Source: Vicinamibacteria bacterium | GTDB lineage: Bacteria > Acidobacteriota > Vicinamibacteria > Fen-336 | Assembly: GCA_035691285.1 (NCBI GenBank) | Contig: DASSJI010000034.1 | Location: 12,358-76,357 of the forward strand | Length of the DNA stretch: 64,000 nt | Direction of reading: 5' to 3' | In this document: one piece after another, positions 39,980 to 50,162 of the stretch | How the letters are laid out: each line of letters starts with the position of its first letter | Numbering within the stretch: position 1 is the stretch's first letter | The notes under the pieces: model-generated | What the model saw: the letters and a program-made list of their open reading frames with translations, nothing else | Told to the model about the DNA's origin: nothing | Databases searched by the model: none | Made by a program: the position numbers and the translations under genes

Positions 39980-40513
39980 CTATTCCCGCCGCGCGCTGGC
40001 GTCGCCGTCGAACTCGAAGCCCGGCGGCGCCTGTTCCAGCCCCACGCGCCCGGCGACGATCTGCGCCCGCGCATAGCTCTCTGGACGCACGGGGGCGCCG
40101 TGCATCCCGCGCAGCATCGCCAGCTGTCCGACATGGGTGAGGGCGTCGGCGAGGGGCCCCTGGATGAGCTTGTCGATCGAGCCCTCGAAGGGTCCCTCCG
40201 CGGCGAGCAAGGCGTCCAGATCGGCCAGGGCGTCGAAGAACCGCCTGACCTCGACTTCCCAGCTCGCTCCGCCGCCGGCTTTCCACGCCTGACCGCCGCG
40301 GGCGATCGAGACCCCCCATGTCATCAGGTCGGCCATGTGCGCCACGATCTCGACCGGCCGCCGCGTCGCGGCCCCGAAGACGACCGCGGCGAAGCCCGGG
40401 GGCGAGTCGCGCATCACCTTGGCGGCGCGGTATGCGAGCGTCGCCGCGAGCTGTCTCAACGCCCTGCGCTCACCGTCGAGGGCTGACGGCCGGGACGGCT
40501 GTTCGTCGGACAT
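39980..40513 (-). CDS. DinB_2/DUF664-like protein (hypothetical)
   Basis: ATG 40513 (MSDEQPSRPS...); 177 aa C-terminal part of track ORF; weak similarity pattern to DinB-fold four-helix proteins. Confidence 0.4.
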   Translation of the reverse strand: MSDEQPSRPSALDGERRALRQLAATLAYRAAKVMRDSPPGFAAVVFGAATRRPVEIVAHMADLMTWGVSIARGGQAWKAGGGASWEVEVRRFFDALADLDALLAAEGPFEGSIDKLIQGPLADALTHVGQLAMLRGMHGAPVRPESYARAQIVAGRVGLEQAPPGFEFDGDASARRE

Positions 40514-40579
40514 CGCGCGGCAGTATAGCCTCGCCCATCGAGGAGCCGACCCCGCCGCGGTGCTATTCTCGGGCGATCC

Positions 40580-41692
40580 GTGCCCGAGATGACGCCGCAC
40601 CCGCGCCGACGAGCCATCGATCGCTACCGGGTCCTCGTCCCCCTCGCCGCTTTCCTGGGGGTCGTGGCGCTCCTGGCGTTCCTCGTGTTCCGCTACTTCC
40701 TCGCGGTGTTCACCGTCGCGGGCTCGGTGGCGCTCCTGCTCCAGCCGCTGCACCGCCGCACGCGGCGGGCGCTGCGGGGCCGCGACCACCTCTCCGCGGC
40801 GATCCTGGTGCTGCTCACGACCCTCGTGATCCTGCTGCCGGTGGCCACGTCCGCGCTGCTCCTCTCCCAGCAGGCCGTGCAGTTCTTCGAGTGGCTGCGA
40901 CCGCGGCTCGAGCCGCAGGCGCTCGAGGAGCTCTGGCGCGAGACGCTGCCCGAGCGCTTCCCCTTCCTGCAGGCCTACCTGCGCTTCGACGAGCAGGAGG
41001 CCTCGCAGGCGGCCTCGGCCATCCTGGAGCGCCTCGCCGGCGGCGCCCAGCGTCTGCTCCAGGGCGGCCTGGCCGGCGCCACCGAGGCGCTCTTCGAGCT
41101 GGTGCTGTTCATGATGATGCTGTTCTTCCTGCTGAAGGACGGCGAGCGGCTGCGGAACGAGATCAAGCACCTCTCCCCTCTTTCGGCGGACCAGGAGGAG
41201 ATGATCTTCGACAACATCGCCCGCACCGTGCGCGGCGTCCTGCAGGCGCTGGTGCTGGTGCCTGTCGTCCAGGGCGTCGTCGCCGGGATCGGCTTCATCC
41301 TCTTCGGCGTGCCGTCGCCGATCCTGTGGAGCGTGACGGTGGTGCTCGCCGCCTTCGTGCCGATCGTCGGCTCGCCCCTCGGCTGGCTCCCGGCCGTGGC
41401 GTGGCTGTTCATCTACGGATCGGATTGGAGCTGGCTCGGGCTGCTCGTCTACGGCACGCTGCTCGTCAGCGGCATCGACAACGTCGTGAAGCCGCTGGTG
41501 CTCCAGGGCGTCGCCCGCATCCATCCGCTGCTGGCCTTCCTCTCCATCCTGGGGGGCGTGTTCGCCTTCGGACCCCTGGGCTTCCTCATCGGCCCGGTGG
41601 TGCTCTCACTGGTGCTCTCGGCCATCCGTATCTACCGCGACGTCCTGCGCGCCCCGGCGCCCGCGGCGGTCTTCCCGCCCGGGGCGGCGTGA
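40580..41692 (+). CDS. AI-2E family transporter (PerM/YhhT-like)
   Basis: 370 aa, 8 TM, characteristic large central loop and GIDNVVKPLV motif. Confidence 0.8.
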   Translation: MPEMTPHPRRRAIDRYRVLVPLAAFLGVVALLAFLVFRYFLAVFTVAGSVALLLQPLHRRTRRALRGRDHLSAAILVLLTTLVILLPVATSALLLSQQAVQFFEWLRPRLEPQALEELWRETLPERFPFLQAYLRFDEQEASQAASAILERLAGGAQRLLQGGLAGATEALFELVLFMMMLFFLLKDGERLRNEIKHLSPLSADQEEMIFDNIARTVRGVLQALVLVPVVQGVVAGIGFILFGVPSPILWSVTVVLAAFVPIVGSPLGWLPAVAWLFIYGSDWSWLGLLVYGTLLVSGIDNVVKPLVLQGVARIHPLLAFLSILGGVFAFGPLGFLIGPVVLSLVLSAIRIYRDVLRAPAPAAVFPPGAA

Positions 41693-41852
41693 GGCGACGC
41701 ACACGGCGCCCAGGGGCGCCGTGCTAGAGTGACAGACGGCGTTCCTCGCGCGCCCGAGGCCACCTCGACGCGCGCGCCGAGTCCCATGCGTGCCGCCGCG
41801 GCGCGGCGGAGGAGCCTGGTCCCCATTCGATGCTTCCCAGCGGAGGTGCCCC

Positions 41853-43103
41853 GTGAGCGACTTCCACCAGAGCGGTCCCGTCACGGCCTTGCCGCGGCTC
41901 GTCTCGCGCCCCGTCGAGGAGCTGGAGGCGCAGGTGCGCAAGTGGACCCGGCGCTTCCCCATCGCCCTCGTGCTCCCCATGGTCCCGGGAGAGATGGACC
42001 GGCCGGCGCTGGGACGCATCCTTTCCGAGCTCAAGGCGGTGGACTACGTGGACACGCTGGTCGTATCCCTGAACAAGGCCACCGCCTGGGACTACGCCCG
42101 CGCCACCACCTTCTTCTCCGCCTATCCGGGCCGGAAGGTGATCCTGTGGAACGAGGCGCCCGCCGTGCAGGCCTTCGTGGACCAGATCGGAGCCGCCGGC
42201 CTCTACACCGGGGAGCCCGGCAAGGGGCGCGCCTGCTGGCTCGCCCTGGGCCTCGTGCTGGCCGAGGAGCGCACCGAGTACGTGGCCTTCCAGGATGCCG
42301 ACGTCGTGAACTTCTCCCGCGAGATGCTGGCGCGGCTGGCGCTGCCGGCCGTGGACCCGACCGTCGACTTCGACTTCGTGAAGGGCTACTACGCCCGCGT
42401 CTCCGACCGCCTCCACGGCCGGGTGACGCGCCTGCTGCTGGCTCCCCTGCTCGCGGCCTTCACGCGCCTGATGGGCCAGGATCCCTACGTGCGCTACGTG
42501 GCCTCCTTCCGCTACGCCCTCTCGGGTGAGTTCGCGGTGAAGTGCGACCTGGCGCAGCGGATGCGCCTCGCATGCGACTGGGGCCTCGAGATCGTCACGC
42601 TCTTCGAGGCGCTGCGCCACCGCGCGGCGAACCGCATCTGCCAGGTGGAGCTCGCGGAGCGCTACGACCACAAGCATCAGGAGCTCTCGCCCGACGACCC
42701 GACCCAGGGCATCCACCGCATGGCCCGGGACGTGGTCAAGCACCTCCTGCGCACGCTGGCGGCCTCCGGCGTGAACCTCACGAGCGGACTCCTGCGCAGC
42801 CTGCTGGTCGCCTACCAGCGCGAGGCCGAGGACGCCGTCGCGGACAGCTACGCGGTGGCCACGATGAACGGCCTCGTCTACGATCGGCACGACGAGGAGA
42901 CCTCGGTCCAGGTCTTCACCCTGGCGCTGCGCGCCTCCATCGACGAGTTCCTCGCCGACCCGCTCGGTACGCCCCTCGTGCCCAACTGGGTGAGGGTGTG
43001 GGCGGGCCTGCCCGACACCAGCCCGCGGCTCCTCGACGCGGTGCGGCGCTCGTCCGACGGCGTGCCGCTGCGCAACCCCGAGGGCGCCGCCGTGCGCGGA
43101 TGA
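41853..43103 (+). CDS. glucosyl-/mannosyl-3-phosphoglycerate synthase-like glycosyltransferase
   Basis: GGAGGTG SD then GTG 41853; GT-A DxD-like (FQDADVV); adjacent to MPGP/GpgP-family phosphatase. Confidence 0.55.
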   Translation: MSDFHQSGPVTALPRLVSRPVEELEAQVRKWTRRFPIALVLPMVPGEMDRPALGRILSELKAVDYVDTLVVSLNKATAWDYARATTFFSAYPGRKVILWNEAPAVQAFVDQIGAAGLYTGEPGKGRACWLALGLVLAEERTEYVAFQDADVVNFSREMLARLALPAVDPTVDFDFVKGYYARVSDRLHGRVTRLLLAPLLAAFTRLMGQDPYVRYVASFRYALSGEFAVKCDLAQRMRLACDWGLEIVTLFEALRHRAANRICQVELAERYDHKHQELSPDDPTQGIHRMARDVVKHLLRTLAASGVNLTSGLLRSLLVAYQREAEDAVADSYAVATMNGLVYDRHDEETSVQVFTLALRASIDEFLADPLGTPLVPNWVRVWAGLPDTSPRLLDAVRRSSDGVPLRNPEGAAVRG

Positions 43104-43933
43104 GCGATCTGCTGGTCGCGACCGACCTCGACTCGTGCCTGCTCGACGAGTCGTACTCACCCGAGCCGGCGCTTCCGGCCGTCCGCGCCCTGCGGGAGGC
43201 GGGCGTGCCCCTCGTGCTCGCCAGCAGCAAGACCCGCGCGGAGGTCGAGCCCCTGTGGCGCGAGCTGCAGCTCGACGCGCCCTTCGTCGTCGAGAACGGC
43301 GGCGCCCTGCTCTTCCCCGAGGACCCTCACCTGCCCTGGGCCCGGCCCAACGGCGGCCTCCACGCCCTCGAGCTCGGGGTGCAGCGGCGCGAGCTGCTCC
43401 TGGCTCTCCACGAGATCGCCGACGAGACGGGCACGCGCCTGCTGGGCTTCGCTTCGCTGGGTCCGTCGGGCATCGCGGCGGCCACGGGCCTCTCGCCGGC
43501 CGCGGCCCAGCTCGCGGCGGCCCGCGAGTTCGACGAGCCCTTCCTGTGCGAGGGGGACGATCCGGACGCGGTCGCCCGGGTCGTGGCGCGGGCGGCCGCT
43601 CGAGGCCTCCGGGTGACGCGGGGCGGACGCTTCCTCCACCTGAGCGGAAGCGTGGACAAGGGCCACGCGCTCCTGGCGCTGCTCCGCCACGAGACGGCCC
43701 GCGGACGGCGGCATGCGACCGTCGGCCTGGGAGATGCCGGCAACGACCTCGGCCTGCTGCAGGTCGTGGACCGCCCGATCCTGGTGCCGCGCCCCAACGG
43801 CCAGGTCGATCCCGAGCTCGAGCAAGCCCTCCCGCGCGCGGAGCGCGCGCCCTCGCCCGGTCCCGCGGGCTGGAACACGGCGGTGCTGGCCGTGCTCAAG
43901 GGCGAGCGCCTGACGCGGGCGGTGGAGGCGTGA
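43100..43933 (+). CDS. mannosyl/glucosyl-3-phosphoglycerate phosphatase family HAD-IIB hydrolase
   Basis: ATG overlaps previous stop (ATGA); HAD motif I LLVATDLDSCLLD, motif III/IV GDAGNDLGLL; YedP/MPGP family features. Confidence 0.7.
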   Translation: MSDLLVATDLDSCLLDESYSPEPALPAVRALREAGVPLVLASSKTRAEVEPLWRELQLDAPFVVENGGALLFPEDPHLPWARPNGGLHALELGVQRRELLLALHEIADETGTRLLGFASLGPSGIAAATGLSPAAAQLAAAREFDEPFLCEGDDPDAVARVVARAAARGLRVTRGGRFLHLSGSVDKGHALLALLRHETARGRRHATVGLGDAGNDLGLLQVVDRPILVPRPNGQVDPELEQALPRAERAPSPGPAGWNTAVLAVLKGERLTRAVEA

Positions 43934-45786
43934 AGCTCGCCCGTCCCCTGGTCCCGCCGCGACTGACGCGCCTGCACCTGCCCGCCGCCGACTACACCCG
44001 CCCGCTCCTGGAAGTGAGGCCCGAGGACAGGCGGCGCATCCTGTCGCTGCTCCAGGTGCTCTACGGGAGGGCCCGCGCCGAGGCCTGCTACGCCGAGGTC
44101 GAGCGCCTGATGAAGGTGCACTTCGCCCACAAGACGCCCGAGATGATCGAGGACGACCGCGGCTTCGACCCGCGGGATCGCTTCAGCGAGCAGGACGTCA
44201 TCCTCATCACCTACGGCGACCTGATCCTGTCGCCGGGCAAGCGCCCGCTGCGCGCGCTCATGCACTTCCTCGACACCTTCATGCGCGGGGCGGTGAACAC
44301 CATCCACGTGCTGCCATTCTTCCCCTACTCCTCCGACCGCGGCTTCGCGGTGACGGACTTCGAGGAGGTGGACCCGCGCCTGGGCAGCTGGGAGGACATC
44401 GAGGAGCTCAGTCAACGCTACCGCATGATGTTCGACGGCGTCTTCAACCACGTCTCGGCCAGGAGCCGCTGGTTCCAGCGCTTCCTGTCCGGGCGACCCG
44501 GCTACGAGGACTTCTTCATCGCCTTCGGCACGACGAACGCGGTCTCGCCCGACCACCTGAAGCTCATCCTGCGCCCGCGCACCAGCGAGCTCCTCACGCC
44601 GTTCCACACCATGAACGGACCGCGCTTCGTGTGGACCACGTTCAGCCCGGACCAGGTCGACCTCAACTTCAAGAACGAGCGGGTCCTGCAGCGCGTGCTC
44701 GAGGTGCTGCTGCTCTACGTCCGCAAGGGCGCCGACGTGGTGCGCCTCGACGCCGTGACCTACATCTGGCACGAGCTGGGCACGCGCTGCGCTCACCTCA
44801 CCGAGACCCACGCCCTCGTGCAGCTCTTCCGCGCCGTGCTCGACGTGGTGGCGCCCCAGACCGCCCTCGTGACCGAGACCAACGTGCCCCACGCGGACAA
44901 CGTCGGCTACTTCGGTGACGGGCGGAACGAGGCGCAGATGATCTACAACTTCGCGCTGCCGCCGCTCGTGCTCCACACCTTCCACATCGGGAGCGTGGCC
45001 GCGCTCTCGCGCTGGGCCCGCGGCCTGCGGCCGCCCTCCAGCACCGCCACCTTCTTCAACTTCCTCGACTCCCACGACGGCATCGGCCTGCTCGGCGCCG
45101 AAGGCATCCTCTCGCCCGACGAGATCGCGGCGCTCGTGGCGCGCTGCGGGCGCCACGGCGGACTCGTCTCCCAGCGCAGCAAGGACGGCAGCGACGTGCC
45201 GTACGAGCTCAACATCACCTGGTGGAGCGCCATGAACCGCGACGACGCCGGCGAGCCCCAGGCGCTCCAGGTGGCCCGCTTCCTGGCCTCGCGAGCGATC
45301 GCCCTCGTGCTCCAGGGCGTGCCCGGCGTCTACCTGCCCAGCGCCTTCGGCGCGAAGAACGACACCGCGGCGGTCCTGGAGGGCGCCGAGAAGCGCAGCA
45401 TCAACCGCAAGACCCTCGACGAGACGTCGCTCCTCGCCCTGCTCCAGGACCGGGCGTCGTGGGTCTACGCCGTGGCGTCGGGGCTCCGGCGCCTCGCCAA
45501 GCGGCGCATCGCCACGAAGGCGTTCCACCCCAACTCGCCCCAGTCCGTGCTCGATGCCGGGGACGCGGTCTTCGCCGTGCTCCGCGGCGAGGGCGCAGGC
45601 CGGGTCGTCGCCCTGACCAACGTGACAGCCCGCGACCAGGTGCTGAGCCTCGACGTGGGCTCCCTGGGCGGCGGGGTCGCGGCATGGAGCGACCTGCTCT
45701 CGCGGCGCCGCTTCGCGGTCAAGGACGGGCGACTCGAGACGACGCTCAGGCCCTACGCGGTCGTCTGGCTGGCCCCCGCAGGCTGA
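43930..45786 (+). CDS. GH13_18 sucrose-phosphorylase-family enzyme (candidate glucosylglycerate phosphorylase)
   Basis: GTG overlaps previous stop (GTGA) with GGTGGAGG SD; aligns to sucrose phosphorylase (ILITYGD, HVLPFF, GVFNHVS, VRLDAVTYIW, NFLDSHDGIGL); ~75 aa N-terminal extension so start could be downstream. Confidence 0.7.
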   Translation: MKLARPLVPPRLTRLHLPAADYTRPLLEVRPEDRRRILSLLQVLYGRARAEACYAEVERLMKVHFAHKTPEMIEDDRGFDPRDRFSEQDVILITYGDLILSPGKRPLRALMHFLDTFMRGAVNTIHVLPFFPYSSDRGFAVTDFEEVDPRLGSWEDIEELSQRYRMMFDGVFNHVSARSRWFQRFLSGRPGYEDFFIAFGTTNAVSPDHLKLILRPRTSELLTPFHTMNGPRFVWTTFSPDQVDLNFKNERVLQRVLEVLLLYVRKGADVVRLDAVTYIWHELGTRCAHLTETHALVQLFRAVLDVVAPQTALVTETNVPHADNVGYFGDGRNEAQMIYNFALPPLVLHTFHIGSVAALSRWARGLRPPSSTATFFNFLDSHDGIGLLGAEGILSPDEIAALVARCGRHGGLVSQRSKDGSDVPYELNITWWSAMNRDDAGEPQALQVARFLASRAIALVLQGVPGVYLPSAFGAKNDTAAVLEGAEKRSINRKTLDETSLLALLQDRASWVYAVASGLRRLAKRRIATKAFHPNSPQSVLDAGDAVFAVLRGEGAGRVVALTNVTARDQVLSLDVGSLGGGVAAWSDLLSRRRFAVKDGRLETTLRPYAVVWLAPAG

Positions 45787-45986
45787 AGCGCCTTCGAAAC
45801 CCTGTCGCGCGAGGACCTCCGCGACATTCGGGATTACAATCGCCGCGGCATCGAACCACGAACCCGTGTGGACCCCGAGCAACCGGGGGGCGGCATGCGC
45901 TTCCATACCACGCGTTGCAGCGTGTTCCCGGACACCGCGGCCAGCCGCTCGCTGACATCTGGCGAGGGCGCCGGGGGCTGACGGCC

Positions 45987-47777
45987 GTGAGCGGGCAGGA
46001 CAGCTCCAGGCAGGCGAGGGTCGCAGGAGCGGGGGGCGAGCGCTGCGCGCAATGCGGCACGTACCTCGTGAGCGCCGGCGGGTCCGGCGCGCTCTGCTCG
46101 CGCTGCTCGCTGTCGCTCGCGACGGGGGCGAAGACAGAATCGGCTCCGCGACCGGCTGACGCGCGCTCTCCAGGCCCGGCCCGCGGCAGCCCCCTCTACT
46201 TCAGCGGCGGAATCTTGCGGCGCACACTGCAGCCGATCGGCTCGGGGGTCGTCGCACCGCTCTGGGCGATGCCCGCGGAGCTGGTGCGACAGGCGTCGCG
46301 GCGCCTGAGGATCGCCGCTCTCGGCGTGGGCCTTGCCTTCGCAACCACGATCGTGCTCATCAACCTGGTCGAGGTCACAGGGTGGTACTCGTTCTCCCAC
46401 CTCGCGGTCAGGAACGTGGTCTGCGCCGTCATGATCGGGATTTCCGCGGCCATGCTCTGGATCGTGCACTCGGGGCGGTTCGCGCCGGCCCGGCTGTTCG
46501 CTGTCGCGCTCGCTTTCGAGATCCTGGTGGCGTTCGCCATCTCGATCGGAGACCACCTTCAGCCTCTGTCCACGGAGCTGCCGCTCTTAGCCATCTCGTG
46601 GCTCTGCGTCTGGATCGTCATGTTCCCTCTCGTGGTCCCGGCCTCGCCGCGCTGGGCCCTCGTCGCGGGCGTCGCGGCAGCGTCGACGTGGCCCCTGGCC
46701 TATCGCATCGGCCTGACCCTGGGTAACCGTGCGGCGCCGGTCCCGGTCGTCCTGATGAACGCACTGGAGAACTACATCGCCGCGGCTCTTGCGATGTTCG
46801 CGACCGTGATCATCCAGCGGCTGCAGGAGCTGGGTTGCTACCATCTCGAAGAGAAGCTCGATCACGGCGGCATGGGCGAGATCTGGAGGGCCCGCCACCG
46901 CATGCTGGCCCGCCCCGTGGCCGTGAAGCTCATCCGGCCGGAGCTACTTGGCCTGAAGACGCCGGCGGAGGCCGCTGCCCTCGTCGGCCGCTTCCAGCGC
47001 GAGGCCGAGGCCACGGCCGCCCTCCAATCTCCCCACAGCGTCGCCCTCCACGACTTCGGTGTGACGCCGGACGGAGTCTTCTACTACGTCATGGACCTGC
47101 TCGAGGGACTCGATCTCGAGTCCCTGGTGAAGCGCTTCGGCGCAGTCCCGCCGGCACGCGCCGTCCACCTCCTGATCCAGGCGTGCGACTCGCTCGCCGA
47201 GGCGCACTCGGTCGGCCTGATCCATCGCGACGTCAAGCCAGCGAACATCATTGCCTGCCGCTGGGGTCTCAAGTGGGACTTCGTCAAGGTGCTGGACTTT
47301 GGACTGGTCAAGAGAACCTGGAGGATGGGCGAGGATGACCACCTCACCACGGAGGGCGTCATCACCGGAACCCCCGCCTTTATGGCGCCAGAGGCTGCGC
47401 TGGGAGGTCGTTCGCTCGATGCCCGAGTGGATCTCTACGGGCTCGGCTGCGTGGCCTACTGGCTGCTCACGGGGGAGCGGGTGTTCGCGGGTCGAACGCC
47501 GGTGGAGGTGCTGTTCCATCACGTGAAGACACCTCCCGTCCCTCCCTCGAAACGCAGTGATCAGCCGATTCCGGCGCAGCTCGAGGAGCTGGTCCTGGCT
47601 TGTCTCGCGAAGGAGCCCGAGGAGCGCCCGGCTTCGGCGGAGTGGCTCTCAGGACGCCTCTCTGAGTGCGAGATCGGCTCGCCTTGGACGGCTGAGCGCG
47701 CTCGTGAGTGGTGGGAGAGCAACGCCTCAGCGGCGTTCGGCGCGCGGCGTGAGACGGCCGGGGCGGCTCGACCCTAG
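45987..47777 (+). CDS. serine/threonine protein kinase with N-terminal zinc ribbon and 4 TM helices
   Basis: Likely GTG 45987; CAQCGTYLV...CSRC zinc ribbon; TM region; intact Hanks kinase motifs GEIWRA...VAVKLI, HRDVKPANI, DFG, APE. Confidence 0.8.
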   Translation: MSGQDSSRQARVAGAGGERCAQCGTYLVSAGGSGALCSRCSLSLATGAKTESAPRPADARSPGPARGSPLYFSGGILRRTLQPIGSGVVAPLWAMPAELVRQASRRLRIAALGVGLAFATTIVLINLVEVTGWYSFSHLAVRNVVCAVMIGISAAMLWIVHSGRFAPARLFAVALAFEILVAFAISIGDHLQPLSTELPLLAISWLCVWIVMFPLVVPASPRWALVAGVAAASTWPLAYRIGLTLGNRAAPVPVVLMNALENYIAAALAMFATVIIQRLQELGCYHLEEKLDHGGMGEIWRARHRMLARPVAVKLIRPELLGLKTPAEAAALVGRFQREAEATAALQSPHSVALHDFGVTPDGVFYYVMDLLEGLDLESLVKRFGAVPPARAVHLLIQACDSLAEAHSVGLIHRDVKPANIIACRWGLKWDFVKVLDFGLVKRTWRMGEDDHLTTEGVITGTPAFMAPEAALGGRSLDARVDLYGLGCVAYWLLTGERVFAGRTPVEVLFHHVKTPPVPPSKRSDQPIPAQLEELVLACLAKEPEERPASAEWLSGRLSECEIGSPWTAERAREWWESNASAAFGARRETAGAARP

Positions 47778-47791
47778 ACACGGCCAGGGTC

Positions 47792-48649
47792 ATGGTCGCT
47801 CGGTTGTCTGTTGCTCGCTGGCTGCTGGCATCCGCTCTCGTTGCCCTGCCCTCGGGCGCAGAGGAACACGCTTCACGGCGGGTCGAACAATCGGAGATCC
47901 TGGCCGCCATGCGCGCCAGCCGCGGCTACAACCCGGCGGCGACCACCAATGGAGCCCGCTTCCAGTCCGAGGTGCTCCGTCACCTGGCGAGGCAGGCGCT
48001 GGCTCGCGGGGCTCCGCATGAGCCGCTCCTGATCGGCCACGCCGAGTGGTTCTCGGCGGTGCTCGAACGGACGGGACTCACGCCTGCGGAGGCGCCCGCC
48101 TTCATCCGGCTCGGCAACGACCACGCGCAGGATATCTACCTTGAGTACGAGAGCGAGCGGGTCGTTCGCCAGGTGCTGAGCGGTCCCACGCCCGGCCTGG
48201 CCCTGAGCGTCACGATCGGATGGCGCGGCGGACGGGGCGTCCCCGGATCCTATTCGTACGAGGACCTGCTCTCGACGCCGAAGCTCAAGGTGACGAACAA
48301 GCGCGTGATCCGCTACCGCCTGCTCGACTTCGGAAACCTGGTCGTCTTCGACGACGTCACCGGGCTCAACGGACGACCGACCTCGGGCGTCCTGGGGCTG
48401 CTGTTCCAGCTGATCGGCGAAGGCCACGTGGTCGAGAACCGTATGGTCATCGCGCCCGACGGCCTGCAGGTCGCGAGGGCCCGCGCCAAGAAGGCGTTCA
48501 TCGACGTGGAGTCCACCGTGACTGTATATCCGGACGGCCGAACTGAGAAGGACCTTCCGCCGGGGCGCGGCGACCTCGCCCCACTGGAGGCACGCCTCAA
48601 GCAGGAGCTCCGGCTGGAGTACTGGCCGTCTGTGAACTGGCTGGACTAG
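47792..48649 (+). CDS. hypothetical secreted protein
   Basis: Signal peptide MVARLSVARWLLASALVALPSGAEE; 285 aa; 14 nt after kinase stop. Confidence 0.5.
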   Translation: MVARLSVARWLLASALVALPSGAEEHASRRVEQSEILAAMRASRGYNPAATTNGARFQSEVLRHLARQALARGAPHEPLLIGHAEWFSAVLERTGLTPAEAPAFIRLGNDHAQDIYLEYESERVVRQVLSGPTPGLALSVTIGWRGGRGVPGSYSYEDLLSTPKLKVTNKRVIRYRLLDFGNLVVFDDVTGLNGRPTSGVLGLLFQLIGEGHVVENRMVIAPDGLQVARARAKKAFIDVESTVTVYPDGRTEKDLPPGRGDLAPLEARLKQELRLEYWPSVNWLD

Positions 48650-48767
48650 GGAGTCGCGGTGCCCGGCATCAGCATCATGGTCGTGAGCAAGCCGAGAGCC
48701 CGATCCAGAGCGAAGCGATATCGCCGCGCCGAGGCAGCGCCGGCGTGGTAGACGTCGCCCACGTCCC

Positions 48768-50162
48768 TCACGGGACGAGCGGCCGGCCCGCCTGGCGCTT
48801 GACGAACTGACCGCGGCCGGCGCGGCCCTTGAACTCGCCGTGGTCCACGATCACCTCGCCGCGCGAGATGACCATGGCCGGCGAGCCCTTCACGACGCGT
48901 CCCTCGTAGGGGTTGTAGTCCACGCGCATGTGATGGGTGCGGGCCGAGAGTTGGACCTCCCGCTCGGGATCCCACAGCACCAGGTCGCCGTCGGAGCCCA
49001 CGGCGATGGCGCCCTTCTTGGGCCACAGGCCGAACATCTTCGCGGGGCTCGTAGACGTGACCTCGACGAAGCGGAAGAAGTCGATCTTCCCGGTCCGCAC
49101 GCCGTCCCACAGCAGCATCAGCCGGGTCTCGATGCCGGGCGCGCCGTTCGGGATCTTCGAGAAGTCGTCCTTGCCGAGCTGCTTCTGGGGCGGCTCGTTC
49201 ATGCAGAACGGGCAGTGGTCGGTGGAGACCACCTGCAGGTCGTTCTTCTGCAGCCCCTTCCACAGCGCGTCCTGGTTCCACTTCTCGCGGAGCGGCGGCG
49301 ACATCACGTACTTCGCGCCCTCGAAGCCGGGCTTCTCGTAGTCGTCGTAGGACAGGAACAGGTACTGCGGGCAGGTCTCGGCGTAGGCCGGCAGGCCCAT
49401 GTCGCGCGCCTGCTTGACCTTCTCCAGGGCGTCGGAGCAGGAGAGGTGGACGATGTAGATCGGCACGCCGGCCATCTCGGCGAGCGCGATCGCGCGACCG
49501 GTGGCCTCGCCCTCGGCGCGCGTCGGCCGGGTCAGCGCGTGGTACTTCGGCGCGGTGTGCCCCTGGCGCAGGGCCTCCTTCACCAGGGTGTCGATGACGC
49601 CGCCGTTCTCGGCGTGCATGCACACGAGCCCGCCGTTCTCCCGGGTCTTCAGGAGCGCCCGGAAGATCGTGGCGTCGTCCACCATGAATACGCCGGGATA
49701 CGCCATGAACAGCTTGAAGGACGTGATTCCCTCGTGGCGCGTCATCCTGTCCATGTCGTGGGAGGCCTGATCGCTCAACTCCCGCACGATCATGTGGAAG
49801 GCGTAGTCGATGGCGGCGCGCCCCTCGGCCTTCTTCATCCAGCCCTCGTAGGCCGGAAAGAGCCCCTCGCCGAAGCTCTGAATCGCGAAGTCGATCACCG
49901 TGGTCGTGCCGCCGTGGGCGGCGGCGATGGTGCCGGTTTCGAAGTCGTCGGCCGACGTCGTCCCGCCGAACGGCATGTCGAGGTGGGTGTGGACGTCGAT
50001 CCCGCCCGGGATGACGAGCTTCCCGGAGGCGTCCACCACGGTGTCGGCGGGGATGTTGAGCCCCTGGCCGATCAGCGTGATCACGCCGTTGTCGATAAAG
50101 ATGTCGCCGACGTACCGGTCCGCCGCCGTGACGATCGTCCCGTTCTTGACGAGCGTGGACAT
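48768..50162 (-). CDS. hydA: dihydropyrimidinase / D-hydantoinase
   Basis: 464 aa; GGIDVHTHLDMPF metal-binding HxH, carbamylated-Lys region, cyclic amidohydrolase signature. Confidence 0.9.
   Translation of the reverse strand: MSTLVKNGTIVTAADRYVGDIFIDNGVITLIGQGLNIPADTVVDASGKLVIPGGIDVHTHLDMPFGGTTSADDFETGTIAAAHGGTTTVIDFAIQSFGEGLFPAYEGWMKKAEGRAAIDYAFHMIVRELSDQASHDMDRMTRHEGITSFKLFMAYPGVFMVDDATIFRALLKTRENGGLVCMHAENGGVIDTLVKEALRQGHTAPKYHALTRPTRAEGEATGRAIALAEMAGVPIYIVHLSCSDALEKVKQARDMGLPAYAETCPQYLFLSYDDYEKPGFEGAKYVMSPPLREKWNQDALWKGLQKNDLQVVSTDHCPFCMNEPPQKQLGKDDFSKIPNGAPGIETRLMLLWDGVRTGKIDFFRFVEVTSTSPAKMFGLWPKKGAIAVGSDGDLVLWDPEREVQLSARTHHMRVDYNPYEGRVVKGSPAMVISRGEVIVDHGEFKGRAGRGQFVKRQAGRPLVP

Noticed and set aside
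45840-45880. GGTTCGATGCC-like T-loop-like string on minus strand (possible tRNA)
   Set aside because: Could not build acceptor/D/anticodon stems around it; likely coincidental.
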